64,000 nt of DNA. It comes from Eledone cirrhosa. Taxonomy: Eukaryota. Below, piece after piece: positions 1-14,540 of this stretch; within the stretch, counting starts at the first letter, position 1; the number at the start of each line of letters is the position of its first letter. The notes beneath the pieces are model-generated. The model worked only from the letters and a program-made list of their open reading frames with translations, was not told the DNA's origin and made no database searches. The stretch is from assembly GCA_964016885.1 (NCBI GenBank), contig OZ024740.1, positions 371,132,001 to 371,196,000 on the forward strand, written 5' to 3'. A program made the translations under genes and the position numbers.

Positions 1-1522
1 AAGGCTGAAGGCAGAGTACTTTTATGAAAATACCACCTTTTCCATTTGAGTATTCAATTACCAATGACATCAGTAATACAAGAACATAAGTATGGAACTC
101 CAGTTGTGTAATATCTTAGCTGAACATCAAGTTATTTTTCGGATATTTGGAAGAAGAGAAGAAAAAAAATGGAGCACTGTCAGTTTTTATGGGGATTGTT
201 CAAGTCGTTCAATCAACAATACAGCCTGCTCATAAAATTAACATGTAAGTGGCTGAGCATTCCACAGACATGTGCCCTTAATGTAATTTTCAGCAAGATC
301 CAGTGTGACACATGGTTCTTTGAATTACAAATACAGTCCATCCAATGAACTTCTAAACAGTTTCTGTTTACCCCATTTCACTGAGAAGGCTTGGGTCAAC
401 CAAGGGCTATAGTAAAATACATTTTCTCAAGATCCCACACACTGGGATTGAATCTGGAATTTTATGATTGCAAAACAAACTTTTTAACCATTCAGCCATG
501 AGTTCAGCTAATAAGAATACACATACAAATATTCTGTTCCAAAATGTTTTGTTCAACAGATTATTTACAATCCTAACTCCATCTTATATTAGAAATTTCC
601 GATTCTTATCAATTGCCGTGTATATCCCAGTTTTTAGAATAGGTACATTATATCCCTGCATGTCATATTACCATGTGTATCCCAGTGTTTAAAATAGGCA
701 CACTGTTTCATTGCATGTCATATAACTGTGTATCTTGCTTTGTCAGATAGATATAAATGTATCCATGCATGTTGTAAAAGACAACTAAAAGGATGGGCAT
801 CTGGCTCTAAAACATTGTCTCAAAACATTCTGTCCAACTCATTCCAGCCGCAAAAAGTGAACATAAAAATGATGATGATGATGACCCTATTGAGGTAAAA
901 TTTATCCAGTAGGTACCTATAAGTAAGTGCATCTTTTAGATGGGGTGACACTAAGTCACCATACTGTGACAACCTGAAACTAGACCCAATGATTTGGGAC
1001 CTATTAGCAGACTGGTTATAATCTTTTCAGGCTCTAAAATAAGAAATATATGAAAATGTCTATAGGTAGCTCAAGAGGTAATTCTTAACATCAGATTTAT
1101 GTCAGTAATTATTAGATTCTATTGAAATACACTATTATTTTAAAATAATTTTGAAAGAAAAAAAAAATCAATTTGTTCGGTTTTAGTAATTATCATTACT
1201 AAACTGAGCTTAACAAAATTTCTTACATAAAATTATGATGAGAGGTTTTTACATAAATATAAACACTTTAAAATATAGTTATATATCATAGAACCAGGGG
1301 CAGTTTGATATTATGAGGGTTAAGCTGAAAAGAGGAAAATTTTTTTAAGGCTAGTCTATCACAGGTACAGACCCTCACAAAGTTAATCAAGTCCTTCAAT
1401 GTCTGCTATTGACAGATAATGATGTCTCAGAAGATATGGTAGCTATCTCCAATGCTTATTTGATCTAAGACAATGGAAATGCAAACAAACAAAAAAACCT
1501 TTTCTGCCCATCCATTGGCATA

Positions 1523-1710
1523 ATAATTGTTTCTACTTTTGGCACAAGGCCAGCAATTACCCAGTGCATTACTGGTACTTTATTTTATCGACCCCGTAAG
1601 GATAAAATGCAAAGTTAACCTCGGCAGGATTTGAACTCAGAATGGCAAGGGCCGTAACTCTGTACGTCAAAGCATGGCGTCCGAGCCTCTACCGATACTG
1701 CCAATCCATT
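1523..1710 (-). mobile_element. SINE family B (tRNA-like head, Meta-like core, ATT tail)
   Basis: Core GGTTAACTTTGC.TTT.ATCCTTACGGGGTCGATAAAATAAAGTACCAG in reverse. Flanked by the direct repeat TCCATTGGCATAATAAT. Confidence 0.85.
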
Positions 1711-4700
1711 GGCATAATAATGATAATGATTTCTAATGAAGTTAAGAGGCCAAACATTTGAGGGGAGGTGTTAGCCAACTAAACTGGCCCAGTATTTGCC
1801 TGGTACTTTATTTAATTAGCAGAATATCAAGTGAGAGTCAATAAGGAATCTATTTTCAAAACAACCAGCAACATGTAACAAGCCAGCCAAGCCCTTGTAT
1901 AATGCAGAGTTCAGCTAATTAACCCACCTGTTGCTTACCTTGAAATTACAAATTGAAAATTACATTTCATTAAAAACACTCAAGGAATTTCTTATGATAT
2001 GAAACCTTGCAGGTTAGCTAAACTTGCATAGGTGTTAGTTGTAAATTTCATTTTCAGTTAAGGAATTATCATATTAAATATTTTCATACTAAAATTTATG
2101 TTTGCTTAGTTTATTCCATGCTCAAAGAAACACTTGTGTTGCCATGTCTGAACATTAAAAAAAAAAACGCTTTTACACTTAGTAACATTGAAACAACCAT
2201 GATAATTAATTTTACATGTTTATGCACAAACCACTGTATATACACATAATACACACAATCACACTAGTAACTGTGTACTGTACCACATTACTTTTAATAT
2301 AGGCTAATATATAGATCTGTGTCGGAATGCTAACATATTATTTTTGGTAGGAAATACAGAGACCTAAATAGAGATGTAAATCAACTCTAAAATAAACGTC
2401 ACTTTTGACAGGTACTATACTTATATATAGTGTGTGTGTTTATGTATTCAGATATAGCTATTTTTTTTTAAACATTCCATGGGCTAATTCATGATAGAAC
2501 TATTTCTTCATTCTTGATTCTAAAGTTAGTTATGACAAAATTCTTATCATGGACACTTGCAGTTAAAAATAGGCTATAAGGACAAACAAACTTTTTACTT
2601 TTATTTGTCAACAAAGAGACTTTATAATTATAGGATACAGCACTATTAAAAAAAAAATCACAACAGAAGACGTGACACTGCTTAAAAGTGCATTTTCATT
2701 AAGGCAGAATGAAAGAGAATTCAATCTCTGTAGGATACAACTGTCTATGAAAGATAGCCTAGATTATTACACTTACACTGTGTCTTTTTTCAGCCTGACA
2801 TCATCTAAAAACTAACAGTAGCCTTTAAATAGTCAGGAAAGAGGGTTGTAAAAAGAAGACCTACTGTCAGCTGTTTCTAATTTCATAACATAACAAATGC
2901 ATGCACACGTATGCAATCATCACATATATGTGTGAGTGTGGGGGAGAGGGGGTGCTCGCATAGTGGTTGCTGTCATGTGGTTTATAGTAATGAAAGAAAA
3001 TAATTTAACAAAATGATAAATTATCAAAATAGTCTAAAAGACTGTAGATAACTCATTGCTGGTTTAAATTTTAATACAAACACACACACACACAAAGAGC
3101 AGACAAGAAGATACGTAAATGTTTAGAGGAAATGAGTGAGAAAGATTGTTACGTGAAATGGACAGTATTGTAGAATAGTGGGATAATTAAATCACACATG
3201 GAGAAAGTTATGTAGGATCTACTAAATGCCAACTTCCTCAAAGGATACTAGAACATTTCTTACATGCCACATCACCCAGAAAAGTGTTCAAATACAGAAT
3301 AACATAGAAGTATATCAACAGAGTTCTTAGCAGGACATATCGATGCCATAACGCTTTAGATTGCCAAAGTACATCATCATCATAATTTAAACCTTTAGCA
3401 TTTACATTACTCTATATTTACAATTATATTTTCACAGAAAAGGTTTTATCCCACATAATTATTTCACATAATATTGAATCTACAAAATTTTGATATTTAT
3501 TTTGAGAACAATACCTTAACATTGGTAGGACTGGCCGGTTAAAACTGGTTTGAACGGAAAGAGGTGAGATAATTCTGGTCAGCTGGTTTAAATGTTAAAG
3601 GGTTAATGTCAGTTTACCCTGCTAGCAAGGATTGGACAAGTTGTCACAGAGCAAGTCAGTACTTACCCAGATGTACTGACTTCTCAGATGGATTGGGACC
3701 CCGTTTATCATTTACATTTCAGCACTACAGAGTGCATCAAGTGCATTTTATTGTGGCACAAGCACTAGAGAGGTTGTCATCTCTTCAATACAGCTGAAGA
3801 GCCTTCCTAAGCCTTTGGCAAATTTTCTACAGATAGATGCCTTTCTTATCACCAACCACCTTACAGGTTATACTGGATGCTAAAATACTAAAATCAACCC
3901 TGAATCCTGGCTTTTGAATTTTCCAGGTTATCAGTTGGAAAACATACAATAAAATGTTTGTAAATGAATTTTTATACCTAAAAGTGCTTACAATTGAATG
4001 TTAGTATCAAAGCTTAAAGTCTATAGCAATTTGTTAGTTGATTTAATTGAATATAATTTCACCTATTCACTTTACTACTATTGTAGTGTAATTTTGTCAT
4101 ACGTACTCTATCCATACATCTATCACTTAACTTACTTTATTATTTTACAAACCAGTCCATTTCACTGATCTCTTTCTCATTCTAAACATCTACTTATCTG
4201 CCAGACTACTGACTATTTGATTATCTGCCTACCAAATGGATCCCACTTAACTCACTTATATAACAACTTTGGCATCCAGAGATAAATAAAACTGGGGGCG
4301 CAGTAACAGTGCTCATGGCATTTGCAGGCTCTCCCTCTTAGACAAGACTGATTGATGCAATAGAGGTTTAGCTTAAATATCTGTAGGACAATGTCTACAG
4401 AGGAAAATGTGGGCAAGGAGAGAATTTTAGAAGGTTGTCAATCTGGGAAAGGAAAGATTGAGCAAACTGTTTTGTTTGGAGTCTGGTGAGATTGACATAA
4501 TAGAGGTAACCGGAAGAGGAGAGATAATGAATGCAGTTAGTATGCAGGGAGCTAATTCGGAGGAGCAGAGACAATTGTAAAGGTAAAGAGAACTGTGCAT
4601 CTATGAGCCAGTGGTCGAAGCATGTTAGGCTGTGAAACATTACAAATCAACCAAATGGTTTTCTTTAGGATACATATGTATGTGTGTGTAAAAACAAAAA

Positions 4701-6339
4701 TATACAAAACATGGTCATTTTATCACAGATAATATTGTTGATCACCAGTTAATAGATCATATTCAATCAAATGCTCTGCAATCATTTCATAGTGTATTTT
4801 GTCAGAACATATATTTCTGTTACTCAATAAGATATCAGATCCTCTGAGAATGTTACTAAAAAAAGATTAGCATACTATCTGTATGGTAGTGGTGATTTCA
4901 TCATTAATTTGCTTAAACAATAAAGCTACAGTTAAGAATCAGCTATTTGATCGCTCCTCAAGGCTTAAAAAGACCTTACACTGTACATATTGCCACATTA
5001 TACCATATTCAATCACACACTTCACAGAGCATGCTCTGGAGGATTTCCCAGGTGTCACACTGGTATGAGACTTCATGATCAATGACTCCTACTATGCTAA
5101 CCTTATGATAATTAATTGTTGACAACTATGTGGATATCCAGTCAGCTATTAAATGTCTCCATATGTACACATCACATGTTGGTATGAAAATCAATAGTGG
5201 CATTATGGTAGAACTTGATCAAATCAAGTACCGTGGGACTACTTTCCTTGTAACAGGCCAGAGTAAAGATGAGATTGAGACAGATGCCTGCAGTCATGTA
5301 TGTGTGCTGCATTCTATTGTTTCCAAAGCCAGCTTTAGTCTAAGTTGGATATACATTTAACTACAAAATATCCCATCTATCAAGTGCTTTTTTAAACCAT
5401 CCTACTGTGTGGCTGTGAGATGCAGCCAATGAGAAAGCTGAAATTACACAAAGAGGTAATTTACCACTTTTGCCTTTTCGAAATCCTGTGATTGTGCAAG
5501 TCTGAGGCTGAGTGTTGCTAGTCATTCCCTTCAACAACACTTGCTCAAAAGGCACTTCCATTGGTTTGGTCATCCATGAAGCAAACTTATCCACCTTTCT
5601 GCCACCTTTTTCCTCGGATAAATGGTCCCACCTGAAATATTAGCCACTAGTACTTCATCTCAAGGCATTACACCATCATGCATCTCTGCTATTTTCATGT
5701 CCAATTTGAACCTCTTAGAGACAAGACATTTAGAAGGTGTGGAAAATGAAAGACCCCTCTGATAAATATAGGTTCAGAGAGGTTCTAGGTGGTGGTGATG
5801 ATGAGGAGGAAGAGGAAAAGGAGGAGATAGAGACCTATGGCAAAGGACAATGGCAAGTTTATACAAGTCAACCTGCTGGAAGCCACCAACTACAAGCCAG
5901 ACAGAAAAGGAAAATGACATGGTGATGAAATGATACAGTAGATAGAGCCATAAAGACTAAGAGATAAATTTTGGGAAATTGGAAGAAATAAAGGAACAGG
6001 TACTTAGAAGAGATGCTAAACATCGGTTATACATACCTAGGAGAGAAGCTGTAAGTTAGGGATTTACCAATATCCGATGATAAGAAGATTAGACATGTGA
6101 GATGTTCCTGATTGCAAAACAGTATTATTATTATCATCATTTAATATCCATTTTCCCTGGTAGCAAGAGTTGGATATGTTGTCACAAACTGACCAGTATT
6201 CAAGCGAAGCCTCAGACATTCTGGTGGGTCGGCAGCCCAATATACAATCCCGTGCTCTACCATGTGAATTTTGTTGCGGAACTAACACTAGGGAAGTTGT
6301 CATGTCCTTGCACTTATCTTCATATCAGCATGGAGTAAC

Positions 6340-8290
6340 AGATGCAAAATGATGATAATAATGAATACCAAGATGACAGAGGCTTCAAAATATTATCAGA
6401 GGTTGGTGAATGAGTAGAATGTATGGCAAAGTAACGGATTACTTAATGTAGTAGATTCAACAGAGAGAGACAAGCTATTGAGGTTGATAGTAATTCAATA
6501 GAAATGGTAATTTTTATTGAATTACTATGAAGATATGAAGGAAAAGAAAGCAGCTAGACCATCAAGGGTAGCAAGTAGAATCTGAAAATATCTGGCAACA
6601 TACTCATTGACTAATATAGTAGTATCATCATTTACAAGAGAAAGAAGCAACTACAGGGGCATAAAAATGATGGATCAAGTTATGAATAGAACAAAAAGAG
6701 TTATAACTGATTACGAAGAGAATTAACTTAGATGAGATGCCGTTCAAACTTGTGTCAGGATGACGCTTTCATCCTTTGAGACAACAAAAGAAGTTCACAT
6801 CTAAGAGTAAGCCACTATACCAAATATTCATTGAACTGGGGAAGGCCTTTGATAGGGTCACAAACAAAACTAGATGTGGATAAAAGGCTTGTGAGAACCA
6901 TGCAAGCCAGATACAGATATAGTATCAGCAAAGTGAAATTTGGCAATGTTAAACCTTAACAACCTGTAATATCTAAAAATAGTTTTGTTAATACTAGTGG
7001 ACAGATCGTCGTGAAAATTTGCAGTAAACAAAAGTAAAAACTTCAATTTTTAATGTGATGCAGCACAGGATATTAAGAGTTAAGTAAGAACATTTAGCAT
7101 GCAGGTAGGAGTCTATCACAGCTTGGTTCTCAACTTCTTTTTTGTTTCATTTTGTTCCACAAGCCATAACAGAGGAGTTTAAGATCAGCTGTTCGTGGGA
7201 ACTCCAGTATGCTAATGATTTAGTTCTCAGATGGATCTGAGAAAAAATTCCAAGTGTGGAAGTAAAACCTAAAATCAAGAGGCCTCAAAGTAAATCTAGG
7301 AAAAACAAAAGTTATAGTTAGCTGTAAAGAAAACAGGTTTTCATTGCCATCGAAGAAGTGGCCATACATGATATGCAGTATGCAGAAGGTAGAAATTTCA
7401 TATGGAGTACCAAGTGTAAATTTATAGGTGCACAAGAGATGTAATGGGATCTCAGAAACGTTGATAGAGAAGGAAGACTTCTTAAGTAACAGATGCCCAG
7501 GAATAATCAACAATAAGAACACTCATAAAATGCTTCATATGTTTCCCTAGGTAATCTAACTAGTAGTGGGGTGGGTAGTCTGAAAGCATCATAGCCTGAG
7601 TAAAAACAGAGTGGAAAAAGTTTGGGGAGCTATTTAGCTCTGCTATCACCAAAGGGATTCCTTCTTCATGTGAAGGGCAGACTGTATAGTGCTTACATAC
7701 AAAGTGCAATATGGTGTTGAAACATGAGCATTGAATGCAGAAGACATGCAAAGGCTGGAGAGAAATAAAGCACACATGCTCTGCTGTATCTGGATGTGTA
7801 ATGTTAGTGTGTATGAATGGAGTACAACCGGACAGAGAAAAATAGGTATAAGAGGAATCTAATGGAGTGAGCAAGTGCTGGTATGGACATATGTGTATAG
7901 AAGATAATAGTTGGGTAAAGAAGTGCCCAGAAAAAAAAGGAAAGACATTTACAGCTTACACCTATGCAGGTTTAGCTGACCTCATACATTGTTGCATTGT
8001 ATAGGAGGTTTCTTAGGTGTTTTAGTGTTAGGGTTCAATCATGAAAAGCAATGCAAAATGAAGCATCTTTTTCAAGAACACAATGTGCTGCCAGGGTTAG
8101 GAATTGAACTCACAACCTTATGCTTGCAAGTCAAGTGGAAGGAATCTGCTGAAAAGAAAGACTATAGAAACCATGGGAAGAAATGGTGAAAGCAGATCTC
8201 AAGATGCTGAACCTAACAAGGGAGATGACACAGTACTGGAAAAGACCCCTCTAACTCATTCAAGAATGGAAAAACAGGCACAAAAAGGAT
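6340..8290 (+). mobile_element. Old degenerate RTE LINE (PHD-bearing family), with a SINE remnant at ~7960-8130
   Basis: Frameshifted remnants such as NYRGIKMMDQV, ELGKAFDRV, WELQYANDL and KWP...HKRCNG are colinear with the 553-aa RTE ORF. Confidence 0.8.
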
Positions 8291-11069
8291 AACTATTGAT
8301 ATCTATTTGTGTGTGTAGCCACCACACTACTCCATATATACATGAAACAACAAATAAAATTAATAAAACCTGACCATATTGCCACAGTATATAAAATAGA
8401 TCACAAACTCATCAATTAAATCCACTGTATGCAATTAGTTCAGAACACTTATTTCTAACTATATCCTTACTACAGAGAGTGTCTGGTGCTCCCACTAAGG
8501 AAGACATATACTTCCTGTCAATCTCACCAACATACGCCACTCATACTTCATAGGTGAGTAAGCTAAGCCATACTGAGGACAGTATCCAGTTATAAAAACA
8601 ATTCATCCAACTGTAAACAAATCTCCAATTTTGCAAAAGTCATTTTAGCGGCTAGCATGGGAAAATAAATACAAAACAAAATAATGATACACATATATAC
8701 ATAGATATCTATGTGTATGTGTGTGTGTATGTATGTGTGTGTGTGCACTTTAGATTGATAGGCTGTTTTTTTTATTGATTAATGTGTCAGGAAAGATCAG
8801 AGTTCAAAGTATTTGCTGATGTTTCTCTATTCTATAAAAAATAGATTAACATCCAACACAGGGGAGAGGTAAATAAACCAATATCATTTTGGTGTACATT
8901 AAGATACATGACCTAGTTAAATGCCATAAATTGGTGGAAAATTCAGTCCTTTTTTTTCTTCCTAAGTCTATATAAATAGTGTAGACAAAGGCGAGTTGAA
9001 AATGAGTGTATATATCTCTTCTTTATAAGACCATTAAGCTGTAAAACTATGCAAAAACAAGAAGAATGAACAGTAGACCACATAAACTCTGCAAATCTTA
9101 ATGCAGACATGTCTAGGGAATTAATAACTCTTAAAAACTTTATAAAAAGTACAGAAGATTCTTTAGTCTTCTTACAGACATCATCTATAATGTTGGTAGC
9201 CTGGTAATATGCAACCAGTGCACACTGCAAAATGATTGGTGATCGGAAGGGCATCCAGCTGTAAAAATCATACCGAAATAACATGGAATACATAACAACA
9301 AAGATTGATGGTTTTCTTCGTTACTGCGAGTGTCAGATGATGAAGAACAATTACAAGTAGTGAGATGCTGTGAAACTTATCAAACTAATACCAGCATGAA
9401 AATAAAAATAAAAAATTAAACTAGCGTAAAATAATACCTTTACATATATACATTTGAAATAGTCTTCTTAAGTTATACACTGTAATACCACAATGTATGC
9501 TGGGTGAACAAAGTTTAAGTAATGTTCTGATTACAGAGATTTAAAATGTAAATTTAGTTTCACTAAAGCCAATAAAAGTTTTAAATAGCTTGGAAAGCTA
9601 TACTCAGATGTTATCAATATGTTTTACATATTTATGTGTAAAATGAAATTAGTCAACTCTGCAGTAAGTGCTGGAAAAAATAAGATTTATTTCTGTCAAA
9701 TGCAGGTGTAGAAGCTATTAAGAAAGTCTCTTGAGCTTTTTCATTATATTTTTAATGAAAGGCACTACCTAAAATTTTCAAATCATTTTGAAAACAATCA
9801 AAAATTTGGAGTGATTTAGTCATATAACTTTCTTATAAGTAAGCTGTTGTTTGGAGTCTAACTTAACAAAGGTTCTTACATAAAATGAAAATGGAAGGTT
9901 TTTAGATAAATATAAAAATGGAACAAGATAAATATAAATATGAGCAAGATGAGGCTCTCCACCATTGCAACCCATCTGAACCATATCAGCATGGAAAATT
10001 GGCATAAAATAATAATAATTGTTTACATTAAAATCAACAGTCATGTTTGAGACACAGCTGAAGAATCCTCCTAGTGCTGAAGCCATGATAAAATACACTT
10101 GAGCATATGTAAGCGAGATCTGGGCCCCAGCCTGTTTGAGAGGTCAGTAGCTCCACTTGAGTACTAACTTGGTTTGTGAGACCCATCCAACCCTTGCTAA
10201 CAGGGAAAACTGACATTAAATAATAATGTTGTGCTTTGTATCATAGAACCAGAGATGGTTTCATATTTACTATCCAAAGAGTTAGTGGTTCATTCAAAGC
10301 AGCTAGAGGGCATGTTTCAATAAAATATGTGAAACTTACATACAATATGAAGAAATGAATTTCCAAAGTACAATTTATGTGAGTGCAGGCATGGTTGTGT
10401 AGTTATGAAGTTCACTTTGCAACTACATATTCATATTCAATTGGATTCATGTTCAATATCACTACACAGCACTTTGGGCAAGAGACTAAGTTCAGCATTG
10501 AGTTAAAGTCTTTTAAATGAAATTTGGTAAGCAGAAACTGTTCTCGTTCTTAGCTGGTGAATGTAATCTGTTGTTCAACCCTTACTAGCAAGGAAAGCAG
10601 ACATAAAAATGACGATGATGTCCAGTTTGTAACTACCAGTTGGTCATTAAGTGCTTTTTTTTAGCTGAGTCTACTGTTGTAAGAATTTAGAAGACTCTAG
10701 AGATGGTCAGCTCAAGACTATATTGGGACACTTGTATAGTTCAGGGTTACATCCCACCATGTCACTTTGGCAAAAGTCCTTTATCATACTCATGTTGATT
10801 CAAGCCTTGTGAATGAAATTCAGTAACTTGGGATGCATTAAACATAATGCACCTTTTCTTGTTGCCAAGTTTAACATCACAACCTGTCCATTAGCAGAGT
10901 CCACTTGTTTGCAATCATAAAAGTTGGAGTCTTGGTGGGCAATAACTCCTTTCCTCCCACCTCTCTTGGATACCCTGTAAAACTCAATTTATATTTCAAG
11001 TATCAATAATTGGAACTTTACACATATTGGTATTACAGATTGTATATTGCATAACTGAAGAATATTTTA

Positions 11070-11657
11070 TCTATATATATAAAACTGAGGATGTCTGTGT
11101 GTGTGTGTGTGTGAGTTTGAATCCCTAAAACTAGAGAAGCACCCAACCAACTGTTTTCAAACTTTACACATGTAATACTTATGTTTCAGGGAGTGTTCTG
11201 AGCAAAAGAATTTTCAAATTTTCAATGCCCTAGGGACCGCATTAGGCGATTTAGTGATCTCTCTCTATAATTCTTAGTCTTTCTCTTTTTAGATAGATAC
11301 ATACATATAACGTCGCGCCCTTATAATATGTCTGTATGTCTGGCTGTCTGCCTTACGTCACTTCCTATAATTCGCTCTGCGTCCAGAACGCGCCCTTATA
11401 ATATCTGTCTGTATGTCTGGCTGTCTGCTGCCTCCGGTTATTTTGCCACCCTTGCTCAAAACAAATCTCACACTCATTCCCCAAACAGTTGGTAAGTGCA
11501 CACAACTTCTTCCTCACGTTTTAAGCCAGTGTTGCTTACTTACGTACCACCAGACCCTTACTTTTGCCAGTCGTGGTTGTGGCAATACTAAGCTTAGCTA
11601 AGGCGGTTATATATTTCACAATACCTTATCCCATGCAACACCGGGCACCACTGCTAG
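11070..11657 (+). mobile_element. Non-autonomous Helitron
   Basis: A|TC 5' end followed by (TA)n and (TG)n. 3' hairpin-like CCCATGCAACACCGGG lies just before CTAG|T. Insertion is between A and T with no TSD. There is an internal ~40-bp direct repeat at ~11314 and ~11389. Confidence 0.8.
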
Positions 11658-12155
11658 TATATATATATGTTTTAAGTATGTTTTTTTCTATGCTGGCATT
11701 AGTAGGATAGCTTTCACAATTACTTGACATAGTCCTTCAGTACCTGGTACTCACAGCAACAGAGAAAACCCACTGTATGTCATTGTTTTGTTATGATTTT
11801 TACAGCTTGATGCTCCTCCTATCACCGACTACTTACAGCATGGACTGGTTGGATTATATCCCGCCACAGGCATTGGAGATCTCTATGGCAGGACTTAAGT
11901 TTCCACTTTCCCCTGTATAAGAGATACTGCTTTTATACATAGGATGCCTGCACCATGGCATACAGAGTTCACACTACCATCATTCTTTTTTTTTTTACAT
12001 ATTCTTTACAGCTGGAGGCTCTTATAAGACACAAACATACTCTTCTGTACAAAATTGTCTCCAATATTTACCATCATCATCATCATCATCACCACTGTTT
12101 TCCAAGCTGACATGGGTTGGTTTTTCCACTATGAATATATCTATCTACATATATA

Positions 12156-12310
12156 TATTTAATATAGAAAGGCTTCTACAGAACTAGAACTGTTTCATCC
12201 AGGAGAAATCATCAGGCTTCCTGATTTCTCCCGAATGAAACAGTTCTAGTCCTGTAGAAGCCTTTCTATATTAAATAAGTATACTCTGCTTTGTATTGAG
12301 TACCTTACTT
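12156..12310. repeat. Inverted repeat carrying degenerate hammerhead-ribozyme cores (Penelope-like terminal repeat remnant)
   Basis: ~55-bp arms at 12156-12211 and 12222-12276. The + strand reads GGCTTC-CTGAT..-GAAA-CAG..CTG-TA-GAAGCC. The - strand reads CTGATGA..GAAA-CAG..CTG-TA-GAAGCC. Confidence 0.6.
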
Positions 12311-12332
12311 ACCCCCCCCCCCCCCCCCCCCG

Positions 12333-12374
<42 letters not shown>

Positions 12375-12467
12375 TTCATCCGAATCATTGAGCACTTGCC
12401 ACACAACTCGGAGGTTGTTTTTCGTTATTTCGTGGGCCCAAATACGATTCTCGATAATTTATATTCG

Positions 12468-12509
<42 letters not shown>

Positions 12510-12637
12510 GAAGGAGGTGTGGTAAGGAACCAGATGGACCATAACGCACCAGAGTACTCAATACTTAGGGTAGTAGAGTGGGTAATAGGAAAAATTTTGA
12601 CCCTGATGGCAGAGCTCAAGCCGTCGGGGTCAAACTT

Positions 12638-12689
<52 letters not shown>

Positions 12690-14509
12690 CTTGCCAAAAG
12701 TTTTGTAAATTGTCACTCATCTCATGACTAAGCCATGAAAATGAATTACCAACTCCATTAAACCTCTCAAATTGTAAAGATTCTGTCTAAGTTGATGCTA
12801 AAATCTATTATGCACTCACAATCAGTCATACTCGTAGATCTGAATAAACTCCATATATTCGTAGTCTATCTCCCTTAGTAACAATACCAACCAAATCTCC
12901 AATAAACCATTTAAATAAAAGAAAACACACATAAGATAAATATGTCTTAGAAAAGATGGAGCAATATTGGTGGAATACCTGTGATTATAGAACTGCTTGA
13001 TCAAAGGTCAACAGAGAGATTAACAACAATTTAATTGATAGAATTCTCTGCTTATGTTCAATGTAAGGTACAATCCAGCAATGTGACCCACATTGTATAT
13101 AAGCCCAGCAATAAGTTAAGGAATTATGAAACTCTCTAATTTGGTTCACAAACAATAGCGCAGATTCAGTAATGGCAAAGTTCTTCTGCAATCTAGGTGG
13201 AGATGGTTGCCAAGGATAAAGTTTAATCCTCCTTTTTGACAGTAATAAAGAAACTCCAGTTTAGCTGTTCATTTATAAGCTCAGTGTTGGAACAGATCAC
13301 ATTCAATTAAATGAGCTTTAGATTCTTGGACATTGCAAGAAAGGAGCCAATAAGATTACATCATCTTTTTTATTGAGCTGCTTGTGTTTCTAAAGTTATT
13401 CTTTTTCCACAGTCTCTTTCTTTAGTTTATTACTCTTGCTCTTAGTGGTGTTCTTATTGTTTAGCCACAGGTTAACCCAGATGAAACCAACCTGTGATAA
13501 AAAAGAGCTCAACTATAACTTTCCAACATTTTTCTTCATCGAAGACTACATTATATAATATCTTTTTTTAAAGACATTATATAACATCTTTTTTTAAAGA
13601 CAGTATGGTTTGAGGGAATTTAGCTATTATTTCTAGTATATTGAGTGACTGCATAAATTGCCCCCAAGATATTTTTATGGTGATCCCTCTGTTTCCTTAA
13701 TCACTTTGAATGCAGTTGAGGAAGATCAAACATTTTAATTTGAGTGTGTACGTAGTAAGTAACAAACAAATCAATAATTTTCTTGCCAGGATTATGAAGT
13801 ACAATAGTTGAGAGGTTAATAAAGTGAACTTCAAAGCACTGTAGCTCAAATAATATAATAATCATTGTATTGATCCAGTCAGCCTTAATTTGCTTTACTG
13901 ACAACAGGTTCTTCTCTACCTGTCTTGTTCAGTGGATTAATGATGGGAAGTGTGTCTGGCAATAAAATATAATTGCCGAAACAAAATCTCTTTTGAGGAG
14001 TTAATGCACTTATATAACATACATACGAGGGTTTTTGTTTGGGGCATAGCTGTGAGGTTAATAAGCTTGCTTCACTACTACATAGTTTCAGTTTTAATCC
14101 CACAGGGTGGCATCTTAGGGATGTATCTTCTACCATTGCCTCAAGTCAACCAAAGCCATATCAGCAAAATTTGATAGACATAAACTGTGTGGAAGCTCGT
14201 TAATACTATCCCTCTTTTGACTGGCATACTTAATCTGTAGACCAGTTTAGCATCACCATGGGTACCTTTAGTAGAGTCCATTTACTCAAGTTTTAGAATA
14301 ACTTCCTCCATTCCTCCTACCAGGGTCAGAGTCCCTGAAAAAGGGTTTAGACATGAAAAAAAAAAAATATATTGATACTAGTATGAGAAAAGAGAATGTA
14401 AACCACCAGAGAGCAAATTGTACTAAAACATAGCAAAAGCCTATTCTGTCGGCATAAATATGATTAATTATAGTTTCACCATTTAACAAGGCTAATGAAG
14501 ACATATGTA

Positions 14510-14540
<31 letters not shown>

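Noticed and set aside
2776-2803. Possible 28-nt minus-strand micro-exon (tttttag|ATGATGTC...ACAGT|gtaagt)
   Set aside because: The peptide has no similarity to ARL5 and the length would shift the frame. Chance splice-like motifs are common in AT-rich introns.
5737-5925. Acidic 62-aa ORF
   Set aside because: Low-complexity GAG/GAT run adjoining LINE debris, with no splice or homology support.
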